DNA of 54,779 bases from a virus. Lineage: Duplodnaviria > Caudoviricetes. Location: the IMG/VR virus record IMGVR_UViG_3300020084_000018, positions 1 to 54,779 of that record, one strand, 5' to 3'. The position numbers and the translations under genes are program-made. Of this stretch, positions 1-9,362 are shown in pieces (the stretch's first letter is position 1; each line of letters starts with the position of its first letter). The notes beneath the pieces were generated by a model that was not told where the DNA came from, ran no database searches, and saw nothing but the letters and a program-made list of their open reading frames with translations.

Positions 1-127
1 CAGAAGATGCTAGACGAAGGTAAACCAGATGTAGTTATTGCGTTTCCCGGAGGAACGGGAACAGCAGATATGGTTGAAAGAGCCAGGAAAGCTAAGGTAA
101 AAGTAATTAAGGTAATGTAATGCCAAT
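1..127. repeat. Exact 127-bp direct repeat of 53891-54017 (circular/assembly overlap)
   Basis: cagaagatgc...tgtaatgccaat is identical at both places. The first mismatch is at 128 (c) vs 54018 (a). Confidence 0.95.
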
Positions 128-458
128 CAAAACATCATCGGCCAAAGCAAAAGGGAGGCTATTGCAGAAACTGTTAGCATCACGACTACTAGCAAGATTT
201 ACTCAACTAGAACCGGACGATATTACTTCTAGGTCGATGGGGGCTAATGGGGAGGACGTATTGCTTTCCCCTGCCGCCCGTAGGTTAATCCCATACTCAT
301 TTGAGTGCAAGAACCTTGCAGCTTTCGCTGGCTATAGATATATCGAACAGGCAGCTACAAATTGTCCTAAGAACGCAATGCCTGTAGCTGTAGTAAAAGC
401 CAACCGAAAAGAGCCTATCGTAATTCTATATTTGAAAGATTGGATTGAGAAACTATGA
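120..458 (+). CDS. Holliday junction resolvase-like PD-(D/E)XK endonuclease (allele A)
   Basis: KGR..Q, GEDV and FECKN motifs; small size; replication-module context. Confidence 0.7.
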   Translation: MPIKTSSAKAKGRLLQKLLASRLLARFTQLEPDDITSRSMGANGEDVLLSPAARRLIPYSFECKNLAAFAGYRYIEQAATNCPKNAMPVAVVKANRKEPIVILYLKDWIEKL

Positions 459-721
459 CAGTAAACCGACAACAAAGACGCAGGGCAACTCGAAAGCCTT
501 CCTCAGAACAAACCCTACCAGCAGAAGCTATCACAGTAAAGAGTATCATTGTAGATTTTGTAGGTGGCTACACCAACGAGTTTCAGAATGTTGTAGGTCT
601 TGACACAGACACTAGTTTAGGCTTTCCACGTCTATGTATTATGACAGATGATGGAGTGGTTACTAACCTGAACCTATCTCACGTTCAATCTTATCAAGTC
701 ACACGGGGAGAGACTGCATGA
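455..721 (+). CDS. Hypothetical protein (allele A)
   Basis: ATGA-coupled ORF; conserved with the copy at 54345-54617. Confidence 0.8.
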   Translation: MTVNRQQRRRATRKPSSEQTLPAEAITVKSIIVDFVGGYTNEFQNVVGLDTDTSLGFPRLCIMTDDGVVTNLNLSHVQSYQVTRGETA

Positions 722-906
722 AATGCCAAACCCTAATTATTACCCTAACATCTGGTGATAAAGAAATTATCAGTGGTGTTCAGAAACTAAACCGTGGCGA
801 AGAAGGCATCAGCGTTATCACAGATACAGATTTTTTCTGGTATGACAATCAAGTTGTTGCACACTACAAGGCACTAGGTTACGAAGTTGAAAGCCGCATT
901 CAATGA
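718..906 (+). CDS. Hypothetical protein, present only in allele A
   Basis: ATGA overlaps at both ends; absent from the terminal copy. Confidence 0.7.
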   Translation: MKCQTLIITLTSGDKEIISGVQKLNRGEEGISVITDTDFFWYDNQVVAHYKALGYEVESRIQ

Positions 907-1673
907 CAACAGCAGTAGTATTTACTTGTGCTCACACTAACCCAAAGGTAGACAATAAACGATTTGAGTTGCTTGGAAATTTTATCTTCGATCTTCGGCC
1001 TGATTATGTATTCGACCTTGGCGACTTCGCTGATATGTCTAGTCTTAATTCTTATGATACACGATACCCTAAAGCGATTGTGTCCCAAAACTACGGAGAA
1101 GACATTGAGGTTACTATCGACGCTCAAGAGAAACTGCGTGATAAGTTTATCCGGCGCAAGGTTCGTAAACCCATCTGGATTGGCTTTGAAGGCAACCACG
1201 AAAACCGGATCAAGAAAGCACTACAACACGATCCACGACTAGAAGGAACTAAGTATGGCATCAGCTTCGATCATTTACAAACAAAGCGTTTCTACGATGA
1301 ATACCATCACTACAAAAATGGCGCTCCTGCTATCGCATCCTATGATGGAGTCCACTATGCACATTTCATTGCAAGCGGGAATTACGGCACTGCCCTAAGC
1401 GGTCTACATCATGGCTATGCCCTAACTACTAAAATGGCAGCAAGCTGCACTGTAGGACACTCTCACAAGTTCTCTTACTACATTAAGCAGGAAGCCCGTC
1501 CTAATCCTATTCATGGTCTAGTGACTGGTTGCTTTAAGGGTAAGGATGAAACTTGGGCAGGGCAGGCGAATCAGGAGTGGGCTAAGGGTGTCACCGTGAA
1601 AAGAAACATTAAAAACGGCCACTATGACATTCAATGGATCAGCATGGAAGCACTTGAAAAAGACTATGGTTGA
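903..1673 (+). CDS. Calcineurin-like metallophosphoesterase
   Basis: TCAH, LGDFAD, EGNHE and GHSH motifs. Confidence 0.85.
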   Translation: MTTAVVFTCAHTNPKVDNKRFELLGNFIFDLRPDYVFDLGDFADMSSLNSYDTRYPKAIVSQNYGEDIEVTIDAQEKLRDKFIRRKVRKPIWIGFEGNHENRIKKALQHDPRLEGTKYGISFDHLQTKRFYDEYHHYKNGAPAIASYDGVHYAHFIASGNYGTALSGLHHGYALTTKMAASCTVGHSHKFSYYIKQEARPNPIHGLVTGCFKGKDETWAGQANQEWAKGVTVKRNIKNGHYDIQWISMEALEKDYG

Positions 1674-2085
1674 AGGTAGAGAGTGCACTAAATGTAATGA
1701 ATTCAAATCTTGGGATCAGTTTCCTCGGAACAGTAAAGGTAAGAACGGCAGAAAAAGTGTGTGTTCAGTGTGCACTAATTCCGCTCAAAGAGCCTATTGT
1801 AAACGAATGAGTGAAACTGACCCTGAGCAATGGTCTAAGTGGAGACGAGAGAAGCATTTAAAAAGTGCTTACGATTTAACCCCTGAACAATATGAAAAAC
1901 TGATTATAGACCAAGGCAATAAGTGTGCTATCTGTAAAGAACCTCCTATAAAATTTTATGTAGATCATTGTCATACAAATGGTCATGTGAGAGGTCTTTT
2001 ATGCCGGCACTGTAACAGCCTTTTAGGTATGGCAAAGGATAATATTATGACGTTACAAAATGCTATTGGATACTTAAATGGGTAA
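1666..2085 (+). CDS. Endonuclease VII-like homing endonuclease
   Basis: CAIC...VDHCHTNGHVRGLLCRHCN motif; N-terminal CxxC pairs; ATG at 1666 overlaps the upstream gene. Confidence 0.85.
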   Translation: MVEGRECTKCNEFKSWDQFPRNSKGKNGRKSVCSVCTNSAQRAYCKRMSETDPEQWSKWRREKHLKSAYDLTPEQYEKLIIDQGNKCAICKEPPIKFYVDHCHTNGHVRGLLCRHCNSLLGMAKDNIMTLQNAIGYLNG

Positions 2086-2605
2086 ACGACAACAGAACTT
2101 TGAGAAGCTACCCCGTGACTTTTATCCAACTATTGATCCAGATGCGGTAAAGCCGCTTATCCCTTTCATCAAAGGTAAACGAGTAGCAGAACCATGTGCG
2201 GGTAATGGTGATTTAGCAATGCTTCTAGAACCTGATTGTAAGGTTGTGTTTGAGGGGGATATTGAACCTCAGAATAAGTATATCTACCAAACCAATGCTC
2301 TTGATCTTACTGTAGAAGCCATTTGGGATGCTGACTTTATTGTAACTAACCCTCCCTTCACATGGAACCTGCTGCAACCGCTACTAGACCACCTACCTAA
2401 ACTTAAACCTACTTGGCTACTGCTTCCAGCAGATGTAGCACATAACAAACGTATGTCTAACTACATTGCTTGTTGTAGCGATATTGTCAGTGTAGGTCGT
2501 CTATACTGGATGGATAATAAAGTAAAAGGAGTTGACAACTTTGCTTGGTTTTGTTTCCACAATGATGTTCAGCCCATGACTATCTTTCACGGAAGAACAC
2601 TATAA
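2078..2605 (+). CDS. DNA amino (adenine/N4C) methyltransferase
   Basis: DFYPT, EPCAGNG SAM-binding motif and TNPPF catalytic motif. Confidence 0.85.
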   Translation: MGKRQQNFEKLPRDFYPTIDPDAVKPLIPFIKGKRVAEPCAGNGDLAMLLEPDCKVVFEGDIEPQNKYIYQTNALDLTVEAIWDADFIVTNPPFTWNLLQPLLDHLPKLKPTWLLLPADVAHNKRMSNYIACCSDIVSVGRLYWMDNKVKGVDNFAWFCFHNDVQPMTIFHGRTL

Positions 2606-2791
2606 ATGCGATTTAATAAAATTAAATTTACGGCTAAGATCGGAGACTTAGCGTGTTAGTAACAGTTGAATACATTGTAAGAAGGATGATGAGGCTATAT
2701 GGTTTCAGTCAAATCCTAGCTGACCACGGGCTAACTAAAGAAGAAGTAATCCAGGTTCTACACGACCACGGCTATATTAATCTAGAAAGGT

Positions 2792-3247
2792 ATGAGAGCG
2801 ATGAAGACTGATAAAGTATGGGCAGATCAAAAAGAGTATGCTACATGGCACCGCGCCCGCTGCATGACAAATAGTCAACTGCTAGAGGAATTTCATACCG
2901 CCTTTGGCGCTAAACGTGATACCACCTTTGGTGAGGATATGGAACTAGAGGAACTAGCCTCGAAGCTAATCATGGAAGAATTTCAAGAGTTCATGACGGA
3001 GAACGAGAGCAAAGCAAACCTACTTAAAGAACTAGCCGATCTAGTTTATGTAGCTTATGGTTATGCAGATCGTTTTGGCTGGAACCTTGATGAAGCTGTT
3101 CGCCGTGTCCATATTTCTAACATGAGTAAACTAGACCCTGATACTGGTAAGCCCCTTCTGCGTGAAGACGGTAAAATTCTCAAGGGACCAAACTACAAAC
3201 AAGCTGATCTAGAGGACTTAGTAAGTGACACCAAAGAAAGCCTTTGA
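2792..3247 (+). CDS. MazG-like/PRA-PH nucleotide pyrophosphohydrolase
   Basis: EEFQE...KELADLVYV...VHISNMSK...DGKILKGPNY pattern. Confidence 0.85.
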   Translation: MRAMKTDKVWADQKEYATWHRARCMTNSQLLEEFHTAFGAKRDTTFGEDMELEELASKLIMEEFQEFMTENESKANLLKELADLVYVAYGYADRFGWNLDEAVRRVHISNMSKLDPDTGKPLLREDGKILKGPNYKQADLEDLVSDTKESL

Positions 3248-3617
3248 CGACCATTTAAGACATTCCTTAGCAAGAGGAATTACTTTTGATTTCTCCTACG
3301 AGGACTGGCTAGAAATGTGGTTAATATCAGGTAAGTGGTCAGAACGAGGAAAGAAATCTGGCCAATATGTTATGTGCAGGTTTGGTGACATTGGACCTTA
3401 TAATAAACGTAACTGTTATATTGGAACAGTTGAACAGAACGGCAGAGATAGGTGGCAAGACGTTGAAAAAGTAGACGACACTAAAGCTGCCCAGATTTAT
3501 GAAATGTATATTAATACTGATGCGACACAAAAAGAAATAGGTGACTTATTCGGAGTTGACCAATCTTATGTGTCAAAAATTGTGAACAATAAAAGGAAGA
3601 AGAATGTTCGATCATAA
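3225..3617 (+). CDS. Putative His-Me finger homing endonuclease with C-terminal HTH
   Basis: MCRFGDIGPY..RNC motif; HTH TQKEIGDLFGVDQSYVSKI; overlaps both neighbours. Confidence 0.6.
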   Translation: MTPKKAFDDHLRHSLARGITFDFSYEDWLEMWLISGKWSERGKKSGQYVMCRFGDIGPYNKRNCYIGTVEQNGRDRWQDVEKVDDTKAAQIYEMYINTDATQKEIGDLFGVDQSYVSKIVNNKRKKNVRS

Positions 3618-4617
3618 CTACCTACCAACAGACTATCAGCGGTTTATCCACACATCTAGATATGCCCGTTGGCTAAATGCAGAAGGTCGTAGGGAAAATT
3701 GGGAAGAAACTGTAGACCGTTTTATTCGAGAAGTGGTGCTAAGTAAGACCGACGACACTAAGACAGTGGCTGAAATTCGAGAAGCGATTCTTGGTCTTGA
3801 GGTTACACCTTCTATGCGGGCGCTAATGACTGCCGGTCCTGCTCTACATCGAGATAATACTTGTGCCTATAACTGTTCCTACCTAGCAGTAGATAATGTT
3901 AAGTCCTTTGACGAAGCTATGTTTATTCTGCTGTGTGGCACTGGTGTAGGTTTCTCGGTAGAGCGTCAGTTTATTAGTAAACTACCAGATATTCCTGATA
4001 ACCTATTTAAGTCCGAGACTACCATTGTAGTTCACGATAGCAAAGAGGGTTGGGCCAAGTCTCTGCGTCAGCTTATTGCGCTTCTCTACTCTGGTGAAAT
4101 TCCTAAGTGGGACGTATCTAAAGTTCGTGCGGCAGGAGAGCGTCTAAAGACTTTCGGTGGTCGTGCTTCTGGTCCTGCACCGCTAATTGATCTGTTCCAG
4201 TTCGTTATTAACAAGTTTAAGGATGCTAAAGGTCGTAAGCTAAACTCACTAGAGTGCCATGACATTATGTGTAAGATTGGCGAAGTTGTAGTTGTAGGCG
4301 GTGTTCGTCGTTCTGCTATGATTTCTCTCTCTAACCTATCAGATGATCGTATGCGTTATGCTAAGTCTGGTCAATGGTGGGATGGTAATACTCAACGGGC
4401 TCTAGCTAACAATAGTGTAAGCTATACAGAGAAACCAGATAGTGAAACCTTCCTGCGGGAATGGCTAGCACTGATTGAGAGTAAGTCAGGTGAGCGTGGT
4501 ATCTTTAACCGTCAAGCCGCAGAGAAACAAGTTCTAAAAAATGGACGTAGAGAAGGTGGTTATGCTTGGGGGACCAACCCCTGTTCCGAAATTGTACTTA
4601 GACCGAATCAATTCTGT
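3604..4617 (+). CDS. nrdJ: Class II (B12-dependent) ribonucleotide reductase, exon 1
   Basis: YARW, PSMRAL, YNCSY, GTGVGFSV, GGVRRSA and TNPCSE motifs; ends ...NQFC at the intron 5' splice site. Confidence 0.92.
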
Positions 4618-5325
4618 TAATAGATAGCAGAAGTAAAACAGGGTGAATTGTCTGGGAAACCTAAGTCGGAAGATAAGGTAATCAGCAGCCAAGCTTGAGC
4701 CGGGAGGCTCTTGAAGGTTCAACGACTAGGACATACATACTAGATCAGTATATGAAGTCCGTACACTCAAGCGAGTGGAAGTGCCCTGCCCCTATTAGTT
4801 TAGGGTGATGATATAGTCTGATCTATGGGGAAACTCATAGGAGAAAGAGGAAAAATGAAAAACAGAGAAGGTTACATTGTAACAACTGAAACCAGGGAAT
4901 GTACCAAATGCAGAAGTATGTTTCTAAACAAAAGTAAAACAGTTACTCTGTGCCCTACCTGTAACTCCTCGCGTGTTAAAGGTGAAAGTCAAGAAGTTAG
5001 GATGTACAGAAGAGCTAAAGCCCGTGCCAGAACAAGTGGCGTGGAATTTAGTATTGAGAAATCAGACGTAGTAATACCTAAGATTTGTCCTGTACTTGGT
5101 ATTAATCTAAAGCATAAGATTGGTTCCTCTGGCGGAAGTGACAATAGCCCTGCCCTAGATAGGATTGACAATAGCAAAGGTTACGTTAAAGGAAACGTAC
5201 AAGTTATTAGTCACCTAGCAAATATGATGAAAAGTTCTGCTAATGTGGAACAACTACAAAAATTTGCAGCTTGGGTAAATAACACATTTCCGGTATCAAC
5301 TAGCGATTGATATTGAACATAAATG
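4618..5325 (+). mobile_element. Group I intron (IA2-like) carrying a homing endonuclease
   Basis: P1: exon TTCTGT pairs with GCAGAA (4627-4632), with a U-G pair at the splice site. P3: CAGGGT/GCCCTG. Q: AATCAGCAG. P7: GACTA (4724)/TAGTC (4814). P9 has a GAAA loop. Terminal G at 5325. Splicing restores QFC|NLTEV. Confidence 0.92.
4855..5310 (+). CDS. Intron-encoded HNH-like homing endonuclease
   Basis: CxxC pairs and the CPVLG...LDRIDNSKGYVKGNVQVIS..AN motif; SD GAGG before ATG 4855. Confidence 0.8.
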   Translation: MKNREGYIVTTETRECTKCRSMFLNKSKTVTLCPTCNSSRVKGESQEVRMYRRAKARARTSGVEFSIEKSDVVIPKICPVLGINLKHKIGSSGGSDNSPALDRIDNSKGYVKGNVQVISHLANMMKSSANVEQLQKFAAWVNNTFPVSTSD

Positions 5326-6234
5326 AATCTAACAGAAGTTGTTGTCCGAGAGTCAGACGATGTTGAAGCACTCAAGAGGAAAGTCCGCATTGCAACAATT
5401 CTTGGAACTATCCAATCTACATACACAAACTTCCCGTATCTCCGCAAAATCTGGAAAGACAACACAGAAGCAGAACGACTACTAGGTGTTTCGCTTACTG
5501 GTATCATGGACAATGAAATCCTGAATGGAAGGTCTACCCGCTATGGCAAAAACATTAAAGTCATTCTGGAAGAACTACGGCAAGTCGCAGTGGACACTAA
5601 CTCAGAGTGGGCTGGTATTCTTGGGATTCCTGTATCTGCTGCTATTACCTGTGTCAAGCCCAGCGGCACAGTTAGTCAACTTGTTGATTCTGCTTCTGGT
5701 ATTCATCCTCGGCACAGTGAGTATTACATCAGAACCGTGCGGGGAGACAACAAAGACCCGCTAACACAGTTTATGAAAGCACAAGGTATTCCTTCGGAGC
5801 CAGATGTTATGAAGCCAGACAACACAACAGTCTTTAGCTTCCCGCAGAAAGCACCTACAGGAGCAGTAACGAGAGAACAGCTATCAGCTATTGAACAGCT
5901 AGAACTGTGGCTTATGTATCAACGTCACTGGTGCGAACATAAACCTTCTATCACTGTTAATGTGCGAGACAACGAATGGATTGATGTAGGAGCATGGGTA
6001 TACAAACACTTTGATGAAATTTCTGGTGTAAGTTTCCTTCCTCACTCAGACCATACATATGCTCAAGCACCTTATCAGGATTGCACTAAGCATGACTACG
6101 AAGAACTAAAGAGCGTTATGCCAGACAAGATTGATTGGAGTAAGCTAAGTGAGTTTGAGAAAGAAGACACTACTAAGGGAACTTCTACCTTTGCGTGTTC
6201 CGGTGAAGTGTGCGAACTTGTCGACATTAGTTAA
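5326..6234 (+). CDS. nrdJ: Class II ribonucleotide reductase, exon 2
   Basis: NLTEV, RLLGVSLTG, TCVKPSGTVSQL, EHKPSIT motifs and C-terminal CSGEVC. Confidence 0.92.
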   Translation, partial: NLTEVVVRESDDVEALKRKVRIATILGTIQSTYTNFPYLRKIWKDNTEAERLLGVSLTGIMDNEILNGRSTRYGKNIKVILEELRQVAVDTNSEWAGILGIPVSAAITCVKPSGTVSQLVDSASGIHPRHSEYYIRTVRGDNKDPLTQFMKAQGIPSEPDVMKPDNTTVFSFPQKAPTGAVTREQLSAIEQLELWLMYQRHWCEHKPSITVNVRDNEWIDVGAWVYKHFDEISGVSFLPHSDHTYAQAPYQDCTKHDYEELKSVMPDKIDWSKLSEFEKEDTTKGTSTFACSGEVCELVDIS

Positions 6235-6709
6235 CATCAGAGGCTTTAGTCAGTATGCTGTAGATGAAAATGGAGTAGTCTACAGCTACTTTTCAGATAA
6301 GTATCTTGTGGGCAGAGTTGACGCAAAAGGGTATCTATCTGTCACTATTAAAAGTGATAAAGGTAAACTTGTCACTAAACGTATCCACAGACTAATAGCA
6401 GAAACATTAATTCCTAACCCACATAACTTACCTTGCGTAAGACATAAAGATGGTGTTCCTCATAACAACAAAAAGTCTAACTTGTGTTGGGGAACCTATA
6501 AAGACAACGAACTAGATAAAATTGAACACGGCACATACGATCTTAGACGTAGTGGTAAACTATCAGAAAATGATAGAGTAAAAGCATTGAAACTGTTTGA
6601 GGATGGGATGGAACAAAAAGATATTGCAAAGCTGTTTGGAGTAACACGACCTACGATCAACCGACTAATCAACGGAAGAACTTGGAGCGGCTTTAAGTGC
6701 GCTGCTTGA
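6149..6709 (+). CDS. NUMOD4-like/HNH homing endonuclease with C-terminal HTH (start uncertain, possibly TTG 6218)
   Basis: IHRLIAETLIPNPHNLPCVRHKDG..HNN...NL; HTH QKDIAKLFGVTRPTINR. Confidence 0.8.
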   Translation: MSLRKKTLLRELLPLRVPVKCANLSTLVNIRGFSQYAVDENGVVYSYFSDKYLVGRVDAKGYLSVTIKSDKGKLVTKRIHRLIAETLIPNPHNLPCVRHKDGVPHNNKKSNLCWGTYKDNELDKIEHGTYDLRRSGKLSENDRVKALKLFEDGMEQKDIAKLFGVTRPTINRLINGRTWSGFKCAA

Positions 6710-7273
6710 TAGGATGCGAATACTCTGGTGTAGTTCGTAGAGCATTTCAAAATATGGGCCATGAAGTTTATTCTTGTGACCTTCTTCCGGCTGATGATGG
6801 AGAGACTAAATATCATTATCAAGGGGATATTAGAGATATACTTTACGATGGTTGGGATTTTGCTTGCTTCCATCCGCCTTGCACACACTTAGCAGTATCA
6901 GGAGCAAGATGGTTTAAGGACAAGCTTGTAGAGCAGCAGGAAGCACTTGACTTTGTTCAGATGCTAATGGATGCACCTATTGATAAGATTGCGATTGAAA
7001 ACCCTATCAGCATTATCTCTAGTAAGATCAGAAAACCTGACCAGATTATTCAACCTTGGTGGTTTGGTGATATGGCACAGAAGGCAACTTGCCTATGGCT
7101 AAAGAACCTACCGCCCCTACAAAAGACTAATGACGTATACGATGAAATGATGAAACTTCCTCGTAAAGAGAGGGAAAAGATTTGGTATTGTCCACCCGGA
7201 CCTGACCGTTGGAAGATCAGAAGTCAGACATTCCCCGGCTTTGCAGAAAGCTATGGCAGAACAATGGAGTTAA
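6697..7273 (+). CDS. DNA cytosine methyltransferase-like protein, apparently frameshifted at ~7247-7249
   Basis: LIGCEYSG, HPPCT, IENP and QPWWFG motifs; the expected C-terminus AMAEQWS-stop lies in the +1 frame (7250-7273). Confidence 0.7.
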
Positions 7274-7275
7274 CA

Positions 7276-7644
7276 ATGTCTATCACACCACCACTTTATC
7301 CACCAGCACCAACAATTCCAGACCACCTACTTAAACACCTTAAGCTGAATAAGCCTGATGGTGGTCCTTCTGCCTATTACGACTTTCCTTTCCATGAGTG
7401 GACTACCGTCAATGATATGGTAGAATACCTGAGTGATAAGCAATGGGGAAGGCATTCTTGGATTTTCAAGGATATTGTCAAAGCAGCAACTCGTTGGGGA
7501 TCGAAGGACGGGACAACCTTTGCATATGACGCCAAAAAGATTATCTACTACGGTTGCCGACTACTAATGTCTGTAACAAATAAAACTGTAGTTCGTGAAT
7601 ACCTACAACAACTACTGGATGATAAACAGTTTCAGGAGAGATAA
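7276..7644 (+). CDS. DUF3310-like (T7 gp1.7-like) protein
   Basis: Own SD GGAG and ATG at 7276; PSAYY...KAATRWGSKDG...DAKKIIYY resembles the DUF3310 pattern. Confidence 0.5.
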   Translation: MSITPPLYPPAPTIPDHLLKHLKLNKPDGGPSAYYDFPFHEWTTVNDMVEYLSDKQWGRHSWIFKDIVKAATRWGSKDGTTFAYDAKKIIYYGCRLLMSVTNKTVVREYLQQLLDDKQFQER

Positions 7645-7809
7645 ATGAACAAGGCAGTTCTAAAAGCTATTGCAGAGCAAGCAGAAACTAATTACCCCTT
7701 GATTGAAGAAAAACTTCGAGGACAGCCAGAAAAAGAAATCTTCATGGAAGGTATCTATGCAGCACTGATTATTGTGCATGGGCTAAATCTTTTTAATGAG
7801 GCTGAATGA
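7645..7809 (+). CDS. Small hypothetical protein (54 aa)
   Basis: SD AGGAG, ATG at 7645, open frame MNKAVLK...EAE; below the ORF track cutoff. Confidence 0.6.
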   Translation: MNKAVLKAIAEQAETNYPLIEEKLRGQPEKEIFMEGIYAALIIVHGLNLFNEAE

Positions 7810-7997
7810 TGGTCACCGGCCTAATTCTTATTTGCAGTCTAATCACTCCAACCTGCACAGTTCAAACACAAACATTTGAGACAGTCAGGCAATGTGAACA
7901 AACTAACACAGACTTCATGCTGAATCAAAACAGTAAACCTAACCTACCTGCTTATGTAGTATCGAGCAGATGTGTCAATTGGGGAGAGCCCGCATAA
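7806..7997 (+). CDS. Small exported/membrane hypothetical protein
   Basis: Hydrophobic N-terminus, several Cys, ATGA coupling. Confidence 0.6.
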   Translation: MMVTGLILICSLITPTCTVQTQTFETVRQCEQTNTDFMLNQNSKPNLPAYVVSSRCVNWGEPA

Positions 7998-8003
7998 CAA
8001 CAG

Positions 8004-8049
8004 AAAAGGCCGCGACGGGAAATCAATCCTATCGCGGCCTTCTTTATTT
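8004..8049. terminator. Probable bidirectional intrinsic terminator between the convergent arms
   Basis: AGGCCGCGA/TCGCGGCCT stem flanked by an A-run and a T-rich run. Confidence 0.8.
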
Positions 8050-8114
8050 AAAATAGCACAACAGCTACTATGGCGATGAGTATAAATATACCAGCTTCCA
8101 TATGTAGTTTATCC

Positions 8115-8324
8115 TTATTTGTCTGTTTCCATTCCTCGTCTATACTGAGGGGGAGTGAACTTGTTAAATGTGTCCATACCAAAAGAGGCGGTAACAAAGA
8201 ACATGAAAGGCCAGACGAGGACTTCTAGAGGGCCAACAGCCCCAACTGCTCCAAGATACATTAGATACATCACGATACCGATGGAAAGTTCTTCCTTCCA
8301 CGTCTTGTTCCTAAATATGTTCAT
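8115..8324 (-). CDS. Putative holin
   Basis: 69 aa, two hydrophobic segments, charged C-terminus, last gene of the lysis cassette. Confidence 0.55.
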   Translation of the reverse strand: MNIFRNKTWKEELSIGIVMYLMYLGAVGAVGPLEVLVWPFMFFVTASFGMDTFNKFTPPQYRRGMETDK

Positions 8325-8905
8325 TACTTTGCCCTTAGTAGATTGTAGGTTAGTGTGGTTGTTCTGTCAAACACTTGCTTACCGTCACACTCATACTCCA
8401 AGGCTAGATAAACTTCTACACGTCCAGGTTCCAATTCAGGTGGTGGAGTATGTATAAGTTTCAAAACAGCAGGTTCAGTAGTCAAAACATTTTCTAGGTT
8501 CTGCTTTGCTATCCCCGGAGTAAGAGCGTTAGTTCTATCTTTAAATAGTGGAACAGACCTCAATAGAATACAATCTTTGCCGAACTCAGTTCGTTGTGCT
8601 ACAAGATTGATCGTAATATCTTCGCCTTGTGTTACTGGTTCTTCTACATAGCTTTGTCCTTCTTTTTGACGGATAACACGGTTGTCACCTGAAAGCACCC
8701 TAACATTCTCATTGATGTTTCTAAGGGTAATTTCGATAGCATCCAACCTTTGTGGGGTATCCCAAATACTCGCTATGTGTTCACCATAGGGCGACCAGAT
8801 TGCAACTAGTGCAGTGGCCATACCTACAAAGATACTACGAGTAGCCCACTTCTTCAATTCGTCCATAAAGAAGCTTAGTGGACTTCCTTCTTTTTCGTCT
8901 GCCAT
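8324..8905 (-). CDS. Single-TM lysis-cassette membrane protein
   Basis: One N-terminal TM segment and a soluble domain with two Cys; lies between endolysin and holin. Confidence 0.5.
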   Translation of the reverse strand: MADEKEGSPLSFFMDELKKWATRSIFVGMATALVAIWSPYGEHIASIWDTPQRLDAIEITLRNINENVRVLSGDNRVIRQKEGQSYVEEPVTQGEDITINLVAQRTEFGKDCILLRSVPLFKDRTNALTPGIAKQNLENVLTTEPAVLKLIHTPPPELEPGRVEVYLALEYECDGKQVFDRTTTLTYNLLRAK

Positions 8906-8915
8906 TTCTTCTATC

Positions 8916-9329
8916 TTACTTTCCTAGTTCAAAGTGAGGTTTATCAACTAGAGTTTTCCAGTCACCGCCCCATACAATATTAATCCCAAGTTCACAAGCT
9001 GCTAGTTTCATTGCATTAGCAATGTTGTCAAACTTGATAGAACTGTTCCAATCAACAGGGAAGGGAACAATATCTACAGCATGACCTTTACCATCAGCTT
9101 TAGGTTGGTGATTAGATTTGCGTTTAACACCGTCAACATTAGTCACGATCTTACCGGGAGCAGTCCGACCTTGAGCATATAGTTCCTGTTGACGTTTGAC
9201 AGTGCGAACACCTTCGATCACAGTAAAGTCTTGTGTGGTTAGTTCGATAGCACGTTCTACAACTTTAACCAGATCGGGATGAACACCCTTTAGATTATCT
9301 TTACTACGAGTTCCAAGCTTAAAAGCCAT
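8916..9329 (-). CDS. Endolysin, M15 family (L-Ala-D-Glu peptidase-like)
   Basis: EGVRT..RQ..LYAQGRT, SNH, GHAVD, WGGDW and DKPHFEL motifs. Confidence 0.9.
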   Translation of the reverse strand: MAFKLGTRSKDNLKGVHPDLVKVVERAIELTTQDFTVIEGVRTVKRQQELYAQGRTAPGKIVTNVDGVKRKSNHQPKADGKGHAVDIVPFPVDWNSSIKFDNIANAMKLAACELGINIVWGGDWKTLVDKPHFELGK

Positions 9330-9362
9330 ATCATCATCCTTTTATGTTGTAGGTAGGAGGGA

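Noticed and set aside
1-1075. True direct terminal repeat of the virion DNA
   Set aside because: The copies diverge after 127 bp and differ in gene content, whereas real terminal repeats are regenerated identically each cycle.
6697-7644. Genuine 315-aa two-domain methyltransferase
   Set aside because: It is better explained as two genes joined by a single-base frameshift; see findings.
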